A DNA stretch of 64,000 nt. Origin: Gammaproteobacteria bacterium. GTDB taxonomy: Bacteria > Pseudomonadota > Gammaproteobacteria > UBA4575. Made by a program: the position numbers and the translations under genes. The notes under the pieces were generated by a model. The model had not been told where the DNA came from, did not search any database, and saw only the letters and a list, made by a program, of their open reading frames with translations. Position 1 is the stretch's first letter. Every line of letters begins with the position of its first letter. The stretch spans positions 320,001 to 384,000 of the forward strand of contig CBDCTA010000022.1 in the NCBI GenBank assembly GCA_965221955.1, read 5' to 3'. Of the stretch, positions 42,394 through 51,804 are shown one piece after another.

Positions 42394-43740
42394 TTAGAAC
42401 CACTGAACAATACCAAGCTGCCAGTTCTCTTCTTCTCCACCTTGGATTATGCCATTTGAGAGAATTCCAAAGCCGTTAGCAGAGTTGCTGTCGTTGTCGA
42501 CCTCACCCCATACTAAGCGCAGTTCAGTACCTGCTGGCATGGTGTAGTAAAGTCCAAGTGAAAGTGCATCAGCACCCGAGCTAGACTCACTGATACCATT
42601 ACAGTCATTTCCAGCAGTTAGACTACCGCCGCCACAATCAAAGTCATCAGCATCTTGATACATGAAACGGAAGTCTAGTGGCCCAGGAAAGTCATGCTTA
42701 CCTGAGATTAACCAAACATCACGCTCCACATCAACTGAGTTAGTTGCATTTTGAGTGAAATCAAATGGTCCGTTCGCAGCACCTATACCAACACCACCAG
42801 CACAATCATCCCATTCCCAAGACATTTCTTCATAAGCGAGAGAAATACGAGTGGAATGGCCATTGCCCCAGTCGTGAATATAACGACCGGCAATACGCCA
42901 AGTGTCATCATCAGAATCCGAACAGGCAAAGTCTACAGCAGCCCACTCATCATGTTGTTGATAACCAAAACCTAACCACAGTTCATCATTGCCGATGTTA
43001 TGCGTATATGCTGCTCCAATGGATAAGAGAGTAGGGTCATGCTCGGCAACATTTCCAAGGTTATCGATAACCTGAACTTCATCATTACCGCCCGCAACTG
43101 TGTGATTGGACCAGCCTACGCGAAGATGTAGACCACCCCAGTTAGGTGAGAACCACTGATACATTTCAGGCTTACGGCGCATGAAGCCTTGGTTTCCAAT
43201 GCCGGCAGCATCAAAACCACCGTTACCATATGCTTGACCAAAGCCACCTAGTCCCATAAGAGTGGAGTGGGTATGTTGGCCTGCATCATAGAAAGGATCA
43301 ATCCATTGTGCAGTGACTTCATTATAAGGGGTCAACCATGCTGAGAACATTACTTCTCCCCACGGTCCGGATAGACCCATTTTACTGTTACGGCTACACC
43401 AGTTATTAAACGCTGCATCACTGAAGCGGTTAAAGAAAGTGAACTGTTCACATTGAAAGTTTGCTTTCACTGCAGTGCCCGCTACGGATACACCAGTGTC
43501 AATCGATGCAGCAAAACCTAGGTTAGCCGCTTCATTTTCCATTTTGATGGAGTCGCGCTCTCTAGTCCCACCGTTTAGATCAACTGTATCAAACTCATTA
43601 AAGTTCAATGACCAGTTCTGCCATCCGTAGATGGTCCAGTTTGAATTAGCGTTGCCGCCACCTACACCACCGGCGATTGACGCTAAAGGCGTCACCGCAA
43701 GTGCTAATGCAGCAGCAGCTCCGATAAGTTTAGTTTTCAT
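42394..43740 (-). CDS. Gram-negative outer-membrane porin
   Basis: Signal peptide; TIYG first strand, RNSKMGLSGPWG, alternating beta pattern, C-terminal WF; strong SD GAGGAG. Confidence 0.85.
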   Translation of the reverse strand: MKTKLIGAAAALALAVTPLASIAGGVGGGNANSNWTIYGWQNWSLNFNEFDTVDLNGGTRERDSIKMENEAANLGFAASIDTGVSVAGTAVKANFQCEQFTFFNRFSDAAFNNWCSRNSKMGLSGPWGEVMFSAWLTPYNEVTAQWIDPFYDAGQHTHSTLMGLGGFGQAYGNGGFDAAGIGNQGFMRRKPEMYQWFSPNWGGLHLRVGWSNHTVAGGNDEVQVIDNLGNVAEHDPTLLSIGAAYTHNIGNDELWLGFGYQQHDEWAAVDFACSDSDDDTWRIAGRYIHDWGNGHSTRISLAYEEMSWEWDDCAGGVGIGAANGPFDFTQNATNSVDVERDVWLISGKHDFPGPLDFRFMYQDADDFDCGGGSLTAGNDCNGISESSSGADALSLGLYYTMPAGTELRLVWGEVDNDSNSANGFGILSNGIIQGGEEENWQLGIVQWF

Positions 43741-43905
43741 GAAGATACTCCTCTTCGTTAACTAAGGTTTAAAGATAAAAGAAAAATACTCGAGTAATTT
43801 TCCTAAAGAGATTGCACACACTTTTTTGGTAACAACCTCAATCTTTAAACAAAGAAATAAGGTGCTTCCCTCCCTCTGTATGATTCATCTCAATCTGTAG
43901 CAAAC

Positions 43906-44107
43906 CGCTGTATCCTTACAACAACTCACACAGACCAAACACAACAGACGTTGTATTTGTGCGACAGATTGCCTTTAGATGAGAGGTAAGTCAACAAAGA
44001 TATGTGGCTATTTTGCAACAAATTGCCAAAAAATAGTGGATTTAAAGGTGTTTGAGTATCAACTGGTTTTAACTAAAGTGAACTAATCTTGTTGTATATT
44101 CACAACA
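43906..44107. promoter_or_regulatory. four 18-bp palindromic operator-like boxes upstream of the porin
   Basis: 43906 CGCTGTATCCTTACAACA; 43949 CGTTGTATTTGTGCGACA; 44003 TGTGGCTATTTTGCAACA; 44090 TGTTGTATATTCACAACA. Confidence 0.65.
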
Positions 44108-44376
44108 ATATAGATATTCACCTGTATGTAATTGATTTTAATGAAAGAATATTCAGAAACTCAAATGTAGTTTCTTGGGAGAACAACTGGGGCCTAATTC
44201 TTGTTCAGAAACTAGTCATAAATAGGCCTAGATCAAAAATACTAATTTTTTATGTAGAAACAGCTGTAGAGCTAGGGTTTGTCGGTCTCCTTTATGTATT
44301 AATCTGCTGCACCCTGCGAAAATCTCATTATCTTATATATATTATTTAGATCAATAATTGTGGATGGACAAATTGG

Positions 44377-44445
44377 ATGTCTATAAATTTACTCATCGCA
44401 CTTTTTATACTTGTTGTGGGTGCAGTGGTATTAATTTGGAATTAA
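44377..44445 (+). CDS. candidate 22-aa single-pass membrane microprotein
   Basis: MSINLLIALFILVVGAVVLIWN; weak GGA SD; below the ORF-track cutoff. Confidence 0.35.
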   Translation: MSINLLIALFILVVGAVVLIWN

Positions 44446-44522
44446 TACTAAACATCAAAAGCCATAGAATTCACCACACCTTAGTTAATAGTAGAATCCT
44501 GCTTTGTGAAAAAGCTCGGTAA

Positions 44523-44936
44523 TTAATGTAGCCCAGATGTAATTTTTTCTATAGGCGTAAAACTTAATTTTTCTTCAGCTTGATATTCACGATCAAAGAT
44601 AAGTTCAATAGAAATCTCTCCATCTTTTTCAATCGCTTTAATTTGTTTGAGATCTGGCAAGGTATTGGCAACGTAGGCACAACTTGCAGCAGCAAGTACT
44701 TCTTCATCATTTAATATGGCTGAAATTAAATTAGCAGTTACAAATTCAATTTTTTGTTCAAAGTTAGGATTGTTGATACTTGTATTGCCAAGCTCTAAAC
44801 CTTGATCTAATTTTTTTTCCATTAAGTTCAGAGATTCTAACTGTGCAGGAGAAAGCTTTTTTTCACGATCGTATTCAAGTATCGGTGAGCCATTTATTTG
44901 GATGATCAACAGCGAAGCGTTTTTATTTTGCGCCAT
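44523..44936 (-). CDS. conserved hypothetical protein
   Basis: LEYDR...LPDLKQI...IELIFD; ATG 44936 coupled (TAATG) to the upstream ORF. Confidence 0.75.
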   Translation of the reverse strand: MAQNKNASLLIIQINGSPILEYDREKKLSPAQLESLNLMEKKLDQGLELGNTSINNPNFEQKIEFVTANLISAILNDEEVLAAASCAYVANTLPDLKQIKAIEKDGEISIELIFDREYQAEEKLSFTPIEKITSGLH

Positions 44937-45418
44937 TATATAGAAAAGGATTTTTTGACTGTAATTTGATTGCAAATCTGCTTTTGTAATTTACAAAGTG
45001 TAGCATCAATTACTGAATAGATATCTCCAGTTAAGGCACGCTGGTCGGCTACTAGAGCGTTTAGTTTTAAAGTTGTTGTTATAGTTTTTTCTGAACTTAG
45101 ACCAACACTCATAATTAATTGACTGAGATGTAATAGCAATCCATAGCACTTTTTTGCAAGCTTAGCTTCGTTGTTATTCAGGCCAAATAAATGATCAGCA
45201 TGTGTTTTTGCACAAATAAGTACTGAAAAAAATAAATTCCCTGTTTCGGCTAGCCAAAAAGAATATTCTTGTCCTAGTAAACAACGAAAACGTATGAGAT
45301 GTTTTTTGGTGGGTCGATAATTGCTTTGATTAAAAGGGTCAAATTCAAGTGATTCACGAAGTAATTGGAATATTTCTTCTAATATAAAGCTTGATTCTTG
45401 GGAGGATGAGTCAGTCAT
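44936..45418 (-). CDS. hypothetical protein
   Basis: 160-aa ORF in operon-like arrangement; TAATG coupling. Confidence 0.6.
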   Translation of the reverse strand: MTDSSSQESSFILEEIFQLLRESLEFDPFNQSNYRPTKKHLIRFRCLLGQEYSFWLAETGNLFFSVLICAKTHADHLFGLNNNEAKLAKKCYGLLLHLSQLIMSVGLSSEKTITTTLKLNALVADQRALTGDIYSVIDATLCKLQKQICNQITVKKSFSI

Positions 45419-45454
45419 TTAGCGATATGTATCCACAAAAGCCGACTAAAGTGC

Positions 45455-47575
45455 TTATAAAGAGTTTTTAATTTCACGCACTTGTTCAATGCGCTGTGAG
45501 AGCTGCTTATTGTTTGGATCTATAGAGAGGGCTTGTCCGTATAAAAAGAGTGCAATATTGTAATTACGACTTTGAATTTGTTGCTCTGCCCAGTCTACAT
45601 AATAATTCATTAACGAAGACAAACCATGCTTTGCTTGTTGGTTTTGGGGCTGCTGCCTTAAGATACTTTGATAAGCCACATGAGCTTCTTGGTATATTTT
45701 ATAATTTCGTTTGTTTGTATTGATGCCTTCGATGATTTGTGACATTTTTTCATCAGCCGCGAGCAGTAAAGTTTGAATCTCTTTCGAAGAAACATTGTTT
45801 TGAAAGTCGTTCTTATATAATGGTTTTAGTTTTGATTTGACGCCAGAAAGTTGTTGGCGCTCGATATTTTGAATGCTTTTAAGTGCAATGCTGTTGTTAG
45901 GATTAATTTCCAATGCCTTGCGGTAGAAGTATTTTGCACGATCAAAATCATTTCGTTTTGAATAATAATTCGCCCAGTTTAAATATTTATCGCGTACTTT
46001 AGCAATGCCATTAAGTGCTGCTTTATTGTTGGGCTGACTGGCCAATATCTTTTTATAGGTTTCGAACGCATTATCTCCAACTGGTGTCGAAAGTTTTTTA
46101 TTTAAAAGCTGTTGTTCTGCTAGATTCAATAGCTTATTGATCTCAACATCAGGCTTAACTTTGAGCGCTTTTTGTTTTTGTGTTTCAGCGGAAACTGATT
46201 TTTCACTAAGTAGTGATTTATCTAAGTCTCCTAAAACCAGAGGCGCTACTTTTGGCTTTTGAACAGTATTTTCTATATGTGTGTTAGTAGATACCGTATC
46301 AACGTTTGTTTTTACTTCTTCAATTACTGGAAGCTCCCTTGTCTTGTTATCTGCGATTTGTCTAGAGATTGAATCATCAACTACTGGGTCTGTTCCAATT
46401 CGATAGGTAATAAAAAATACAAAGGCTAAAACTAGTATGGCCAAAAGGCCTACTAATGCAGTTAAAGGTTTTTTATCGGCAGAGGTTTTTTTTGCAGCAG
46501 CAGCAGTCCATTGTAGCTGCATAATCTCATCTTCGGTAACAGTGACCTTTTTCGATTCTTGGTTGCTTGGATTTTCTTTTGTAGTCGTGCTGCTTTTATT
46601 ACTTGTCCTGGGCGATTTATTTTTATCAATAACGGTTTCTATTTTAGAAGTAGTTGTAGATGTTTTGGTTTCACGAGTTTGTTTTTTCTTATTCGAGTCA
46701 GATGACGTTGAGTTTTTGACTGGTTTATTATTCGATTGAAGGTCATTAATATATTTATACACCTCATGAGAAGGTGGGTAGGAGCTAGCTAAGCGCAAGT
46801 TTTTATCTTTAGAAAATTGTTGTGCAAAATTAGCTGCACGATTGATAGTATCTTCTGTGATGGTGCTTAGCTGGTCCTTTTTCGTTAAAGCAGCGCACCA
46901 TTCAAGCAGTACATCTAAAATTTGCTTATCAGTTTGAGAAAATTCACAAAGCGCATGTAATGACTCTGGTTTAAATTTCAGATTTTTTATATTTGAAGAA
47001 ATTTTATAGGTTTTGGTTTTTATATAATCGAGGACTTCTTTGTCACCCAAGTCATTGATAGGGCAATGCGTGAGATCACTATCATTTAATGTATCTATTG
47101 TTAAAAGCTGATCTTTAAAGTTTGCCGGCCCGGTTAAAAGCAGTTGAAAACTAGGGTGATCTGTTGCTGAGGTATTTACATGAGAAATCAATGCGCTTAA
47201 AAAATTAATCGGTAAGTAGTCAGCATCATCAAGAATAACAATTAATTTATCTTTTAAATCAGTAGACTTTATGATGAAGTCCTTAATGCTATTTAGTTCA
47301 GGGTTATTAACAGTCGTTTTAGATGGATCTAAAGAGGGTAGATCTTTTCCACAAACAGAAATAATACGATTACTAGACGCAATATCTTTGCTGATGGTAT
47401 GCAATAGAGCGGTCTTACCATTCTGTGCATCTGCAGTGATGAGGATGATTTTTTTACTAGCATTTAATGCAGCAAGCACTGACGCATAGGTATTCTTAAG
47501 TACTTTTTTTGGCACAAGCTGAAGACTAGAAGTATCTTCTAAGGGGTCTGCTTGATTAGGGAGCACAGTACTCAT
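45455..47575 (-). CDS. ExeA-like degenerate AAA domain, TM helix and periplasmic TPR repeats
   Basis: ADAQNGKT (Walker A variant), LIVILDDAD, QLLLTG, S/T/K linker, one TM, and YRKALEINPNN-type TPRs. Confidence 0.7.
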   Translation of the reverse strand: MSTVLPNQADPLEDTSSLQLVPKKVLKNTYASVLAALNASKKIILITADAQNGKTALLHTISKDIASSNRIISVCGKDLPSLDPSKTTVNNPELNSIKDFIIKSTDLKDKLIVILDDADYLPINFLSALISHVNTSATDHPSFQLLLTGPANFKDQLLTIDTLNDSDLTHCPINDLGDKEVLDYIKTKTYKISSNIKNLKFKPESLHALCEFSQTDKQILDVLLEWCAALTKKDQLSTITEDTINRAANFAQQFSKDKNLRLASSYPPSHEVYKYINDLQSNNKPVKNSTSSDSNKKKQTRETKTSTTTSKIETVIDKNKSPRTSNKSSTTTKENPSNQESKKVTVTEDEIMQLQWTAAAAKKTSADKKPLTALVGLLAILVLAFVFFITYRIGTDPVVDDSISRQIADNKTRELPVIEEVKTNVDTVSTNTHIENTVQKPKVAPLVLGDLDKSLLSEKSVSAETQKQKALKVKPDVEINKLLNLAEQQLLNKKLSTPVGDNAFETYKKILASQPNNKAALNGIAKVRDKYLNWANYYSKRNDFDRAKYFYRKALEINPNNSIALKSIQNIERQQLSGVKSKLKPLYKNDFQNNVSSKEIQTLLLAADEKMSQIIEGINTNKRNYKIYQEAHVAYQSILRQQPQNQQAKHGLSSLMNYYVDWAEQQIQSRNYNIALFLYGQALSIDPNNKQLSQRIEQVREIKNSL

Positions 47576-47971
47576 GTATCTGTCTATTGGGGAATTTTTT
47601 CAAGGTGTTAATAATATAGTACTAAACCTAACTATCAGTAGTGCTTCTTAGTCTATTTTCACAATATTGGAATATATACGTGAAATAATTGACTGCATCG
47701 AAAAAATTGCTATGAATTCAGCACAAAACCCATAAAATTATAGTGGTCATTTTATGCGATTTGGTGATATTGAGATTTAGCATAAAATCGCATGGGTAAA
47801 AAAAAGTACTAGGACATTACTGATAAATTTAAACCACAGCCTAAGAATATGGCTAAAAATTAGCTACACACATACAATTCACATGGCTACGTTACAGATC
47901 AAACTAGATTAGCTTAATTCACTAAACGACATCTAAACAGAAACAATCAAACATTGATTGAAGGAGATATT

Positions 47972-49261
47972 GTGAGCGAGAAAACACAACAAGGATTTTC
48001 CACACGCGCTATTCATGCCGGTGCTTCACCTGATCCATCCACAGGGGCACGAGGGACGCCTATTCATCAGAGTACAGCCTTTGTATTTAAAGACGCGGAT
48101 CATGCAGCGGCGCTATTTGGTCTAGAAGAATTTGGTTATATCTATTCACGTTTAACGAATCCCACGGTCGCTGTATTTCAAGATCGTATGGCAAGTTTAG
48201 AAGGCGGAGTTGCTGCGGTTTGTACTGCCTCTGGTCATTCAGCTCAATTGCTCGCATTGTTCGCGTTAATGAATAGTGGGGATGAATTTGTAGCTTCGAA
48301 TAAATTATATGGTGGATCCATTACTCAATTTGGACACAGCTTTAAGAAGTTTGGTTGGAAAGTTACTTTCGTTGATCCTATCGATCCAGAAAACTTCCGC
48401 AAAGCAATTAATGAAAATACTAAAGCAGTGTTTACAGAAAGCTTAGCGAATCCTGGTGGTGTGATTTGCGACATTGAAGCGATTGCAGCTATCGCTCATG
48501 AAGCAGGAATTCCATGCATTGTGGATAACACTTTGCCTTCTCCGGCTTTATGCAGACCAATCGAATATGGTGCAGATATTATTGTGCATTCAACAACTAA
48601 ATTTATTTCTGGCCACGGCAATGCTATGGGCGGAGTGGTTATAGATAGTGGTAATTTTGATTGGTCTCAAAATGACAAATTTCCAGGTTTAGTAGAAAAT
48701 TGTGAGGCGTACCATGGACTAAAATTTCATGAAACGTTTGGCAATATGGCCTACGCAGTGTTTTGTATCGCAGTAGGTTTGCGAGATCTGGGTCCCAGCA
48801 TGGCGCCAATGAATGCTTATCTGTCTATTACCGGTGCAGAAACGCTGCCTTTACGTATGCAAAAACATGCAGATAATGCATTGAAAGTTGCTAAGTGGTT
48901 ACAAGGAAACTCTAAAGTTAGTTGGGTGTCCTACGCTGGATTAGACGATAGCGAATTCAACTCCTTAGCCAAAAAATATTGTCCTGATGGTGCAGGTTCT
49001 GTATTTACCTTTGGTGTAACGGGTGGCTACGATATGGGACTAGGTATTGTGAGCAACTGCAAATTGTTATCCCACTTAGCCAATATTGGTGACACACGTT
49101 CACTTATTATTCACCCAGCATCAACAACACATCGTCAGCTCACAGAAGAACAACAAATCTCTGCGGGTGCAGGCCCTGATGTAGTGCGTTTATCGATTGG
49201 CTTGGAAGATGCGGAAGATATTATCGCTGATCTTGATCAAGCCATTAGCGCTAGTAGTTAA
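47972..49261 (+). CDS. metY: O-acetylhomoserine aminocarboxypropyltransferase/sulfhydrylase
   Basis: YIYSRLTNPT, VDNT, VHSTTKFISGHG and HLANIGDTRSLIIHPASTTH; AAGGAG SD before GTG 47972. Confidence 0.9.
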   Translation: MSEKTQQGFSTRAIHAGASPDPSTGARGTPIHQSTAFVFKDADHAAALFGLEEFGYIYSRLTNPTVAVFQDRMASLEGGVAAVCTASGHSAQLLALFALMNSGDEFVASNKLYGGSITQFGHSFKKFGWKVTFVDPIDPENFRKAINENTKAVFTESLANPGGVICDIEAIAAIAHEAGIPCIVDNTLPSPALCRPIEYGADIIVHSTTKFISGHGNAMGGVVIDSGNFDWSQNDKFPGLVENCEAYHGLKFHETFGNMAYAVFCIAVGLRDLGPSMAPMNAYLSITGAETLPLRMQKHADNALKVAKWLQGNSKVSWVSYAGLDDSEFNSLAKKYCPDGAGSVFTFGVTGGYDMGLGIVSNCKLLSHLANIGDTRSLIIHPASTTHRQLTEEQQISAGAGPDVVRLSIGLEDAEDIIADLDQAISASS

Positions 49262-49312
49262 TATTTATTATTAACAATCTCAGGCCGCATAACTTTATGC
49301 CATGAGAATTTA

Positions 49313-49347
49313 AAGTAGCACAAACACTCTGCATGCTTGTGCTACTT
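49313..49347. repeat. GTAGCA-footed hairpin (REP-like or terminator)
   Basis: AAGTAGCACAA / TTGTGCTACTT 11-bp stem downstream of metY. Confidence 0.4.
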
Positions 49348-49747
49348 CATCTGCGTCGTCAAAAATCCGATTTTTTTATCTAACACGTAGTATCTGAGAT
49401 AAAACGTTAGTTTTTCCGGATAAATGGAGCCTAGTAAAACGCTTCAGCTTGTATAGTTTGCTTAGCCATAATTAACCACTGGAGTTGGAATTCATCGTTA
49501 ATTAGCGGTTTACGCTTTTCACCCAAATGCAGATAGATCTGTCTATTTAGTCCGAAAATTAAGCCCTTTCAGTGCGTTAGCAGCTTATTAAAAATTGTGA
49601 ATATCGAATAATTCATGTCGAATACACCTTAATTAACGCGCGCCTATTCACATTACTTATGGTAAAGCTGAACGCAGATAAAACGAATAGAAAATAAATC
49701 AATCTAAATTTGCGACAACCTAACAATTAATTTTTGAGGTCAACAAC

Positions 49748-50248
49748 ATGAACACACGTATATTGAGTAAAATTGCATTACTGGTTTTTATTATCCTGCC
49801 ATTCAGCGTTTCTGCGATATCTGTTGGTGACACGGTGCCTTCGTTTAAGGCGCGTACTCTTGATGGTTCTAAAAATGTTGCAGTGGAAGATTATCGTGGC
49901 AAAGTTGTACTCATTGATTTTTGGGCTTCATGGTGTCCACCATGCTTAAAGTCATTACCAAAATATGATGATCTACGCAGAGAAATTGGTACTAGCGACT
50001 TTGAAATTGTTGCAGTCAATGTAGATGAAAATGTTGAAGATGCTAAAAAGTTCCTTGCTAAGCATCCGGTAAGTTACCCAATCGCAAAAGACCCTAAAGG
50101 TGTATTACCTGGTGTATTTGGTGTGAAAGCCATGCCTACTTCATATCTTGTAGACAAAAATGGTGTGGTAAAATATGTGCATGCAGCTTTCAAAGAAGGT
50201 GATATTGAAAAACTTAGGGCGGAAATTGAAAAGTTGATTGCTCAATAA
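49748..50248 (+). CDS. TlpA/ResA family periplasmic thioredoxin
   Basis: Signal peptide; DFWASWCPPC and AMPTSYLVD. Confidence 0.9.
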   Translation: MNTRILSKIALLVFIILPFSVSAISVGDTVPSFKARTLDGSKNVAVEDYRGKVVLIDFWASWCPPCLKSLPKYDDLRREIGTSDFEIVAVNVDENVEDAKKFLAKHPVSYPIAKDPKGVLPGVFGVKAMPTSYLVDKNGVVKYVHAAFKEGDIEKLRAEIEKLIAQ

Positions 50249-50270
50249 AGTAATGCGATAAACTATTAAT

Positions 50271-50480
50271 ATGAAAATTGTTTTTAGTATTTTAATAATT
50301 TCTATACTCACTACTGCTTGTACTTCAATACAGCCATGGGAGCGAGGGATATTGGCGAAACCTGAAATGGCTTGGGAACCTGATCCTCTGATGGGTCAAC
50401 TACAAGAACATGTCTATTTTAGTAAAGAAGGGTCTAATGGCGGTTATGGCGCAGGTGGTGGAGGTTGTGGTTGCAATTAA
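50271..50480 (+). CDS. DUF4266 lipoprotein
   Basis: Lipobox TTAC; QPWERGILA and C-terminal SKEG...GGGGCGCN. Confidence 0.88.
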   Translation: MKIVFSILIISILTTACTSIQPWERGILAKPEMAWEPDPLMGQLQEHVYFSKEGSNGGYGAGGGGCGCN

Positions 50481-50528
50481 TCTGATGTTCCTTGCTTAGC
50501 ATATTTTAGAGCGCATAAATTAAAATAA

Positions 50529-51740
50529 ATGAGTAAAAAATCGAGCAGTATTAGTCCTGCCTTAGCTGCACTTACCACTGCAGCAATGGCATTGCCGGGC
50601 ATTACCCCGACTGTTAAAGCAGGTGTGGCTGCAAACGAACCAAAGTTGTCTTTGGCATACACACGCTATGACGAAGATTCCATTCCGAGTGGAGATGCTG
50701 ATCCCGTTGCAGGTGACCGCGATCGTTATGAAATCGATGTGGCACAAATTCAGTTTCTATATCCTATTAATGATAAATGGCAAATCACCTCAGGATTTGT
50801 TTACGATGATATGAGTGGTTCCTCTCCGTGGTATGTGCGTCCTGATGTGAGTGGTGATCCATTAGTAGTCATGAGTGGCGCGACCATCGATGATACCCGT
50901 TATGATTTCAGTGTGGGTGCAGAATACTTTGGCGATACCTTTACCATTGCGCCTAGCATTGGTTATTCAACTGAAAAAGACTATGAAGCGATTAGTGGTT
51001 CAATTGAAGTTGAATATGAATTTCCTAATAAAGCTACCTCATTACGAGGTGGCATAGCTGTGTCATTCGATGAAATTGACCCTACGCAAAATGATTCACG
51101 TACACGCGTCAATAATGAAGATAAAGAGAACTATTCAATCTTTGGTGGGTTAACCCAAGTCATTAATAAGCACACCATATTGCAAACGACTTTAGGTGTG
51201 TCTTATTTTGATGGGTTTTTGTCCGACCCCTATAAACAAGTGTCAGTAGGACCACCAACTGGAATTACTTTGTTTGATGATAATAGGCCTGATGATCGCA
51301 CACAGTATACGTTTGCCGCTCGTTTACGTAGATATTCTGAGCTATTTGGAGCAGCCTTTCATGTGGATTATCGATTTTATTATGATGACTGGGATGTACG
51401 CTCACACACACTAGATCTTGGCATGCATAAAGTCACCGATAGTGGCTGGGCGTTTGATACCTCTTTGCGTTATTACTCACAAACGCAGGCAGATTTTTAT
51501 GAGCCTTTTTATAATGTATTGCCAGCAGATGGTGAAGTTTCAAGTGACTATCGACTCTCACCCTATGGTGCGATTTCTTTACGCTTAGGTGTATCTGAAA
51601 CCATCGGTGATTGGACAGTTAAACTAGCTGCAGAGCGTTATGTCAGTGATAAATCTTATTCGGTGCAAAGTGTGGATGTAGAAAATCCTGCATTACTTGA
51701 TTTCACCCAGTTCACCTTTGGTGTCGATTATAGTTTTTAA
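50529..51740 (+). CDS. DUF3570 outer-membrane beta-barrel protein
   Basis: Signal-like N-terminus; MSGSS/MSGAT, GFLSDPY, YRFYYDDW, RYYSQ, SSDYRLS; C-terminal F. Confidence 0.85.
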   Translation: MSKKSSSISPALAALTTAAMALPGITPTVKAGVAANEPKLSLAYTRYDEDSIPSGDADPVAGDRDRYEIDVAQIQFLYPINDKWQITSGFVYDDMSGSSPWYVRPDVSGDPLVVMSGATIDDTRYDFSVGAEYFGDTFTIAPSIGYSTEKDYEAISGSIEVEYEFPNKATSLRGGIAVSFDEIDPTQNDSRTRVNNEDKENYSIFGGLTQVINKHTILQTTLGVSYFDGFLSDPYKQVSVGPPTGITLFDDNRPDDRTQYTFAARLRRYSELFGAAFHVDYRFYYDDWDVRSHTLDLGMHKVTDSGWAFDTSLRYYSQTQADFYEPFYNVLPADGEVSSDYRLSPYGAISLRLGVSETIGDWTVKLAAERYVSDKSYSVQSVDVENPALLDFTQFTFGVDYSF

Positions 51741-51804
51741 TTTTCTTTCCTAAGTCAAAATTCTAGTACACTTTAAGGCACGTTGATTTTCTGGAGCTTC
51801 CTGC

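Noticed and set aside
44089-44349. 86-aa ORF in the porin upstream region
   Set aside because: TTG start inside a palindromic box, no SD, AT-rich random-like composition.
47576-47971. SAM riboswitch or Met box upstream of metY
   Set aside because: No recognisable conserved core by eye; a covariance-model search would be needed.
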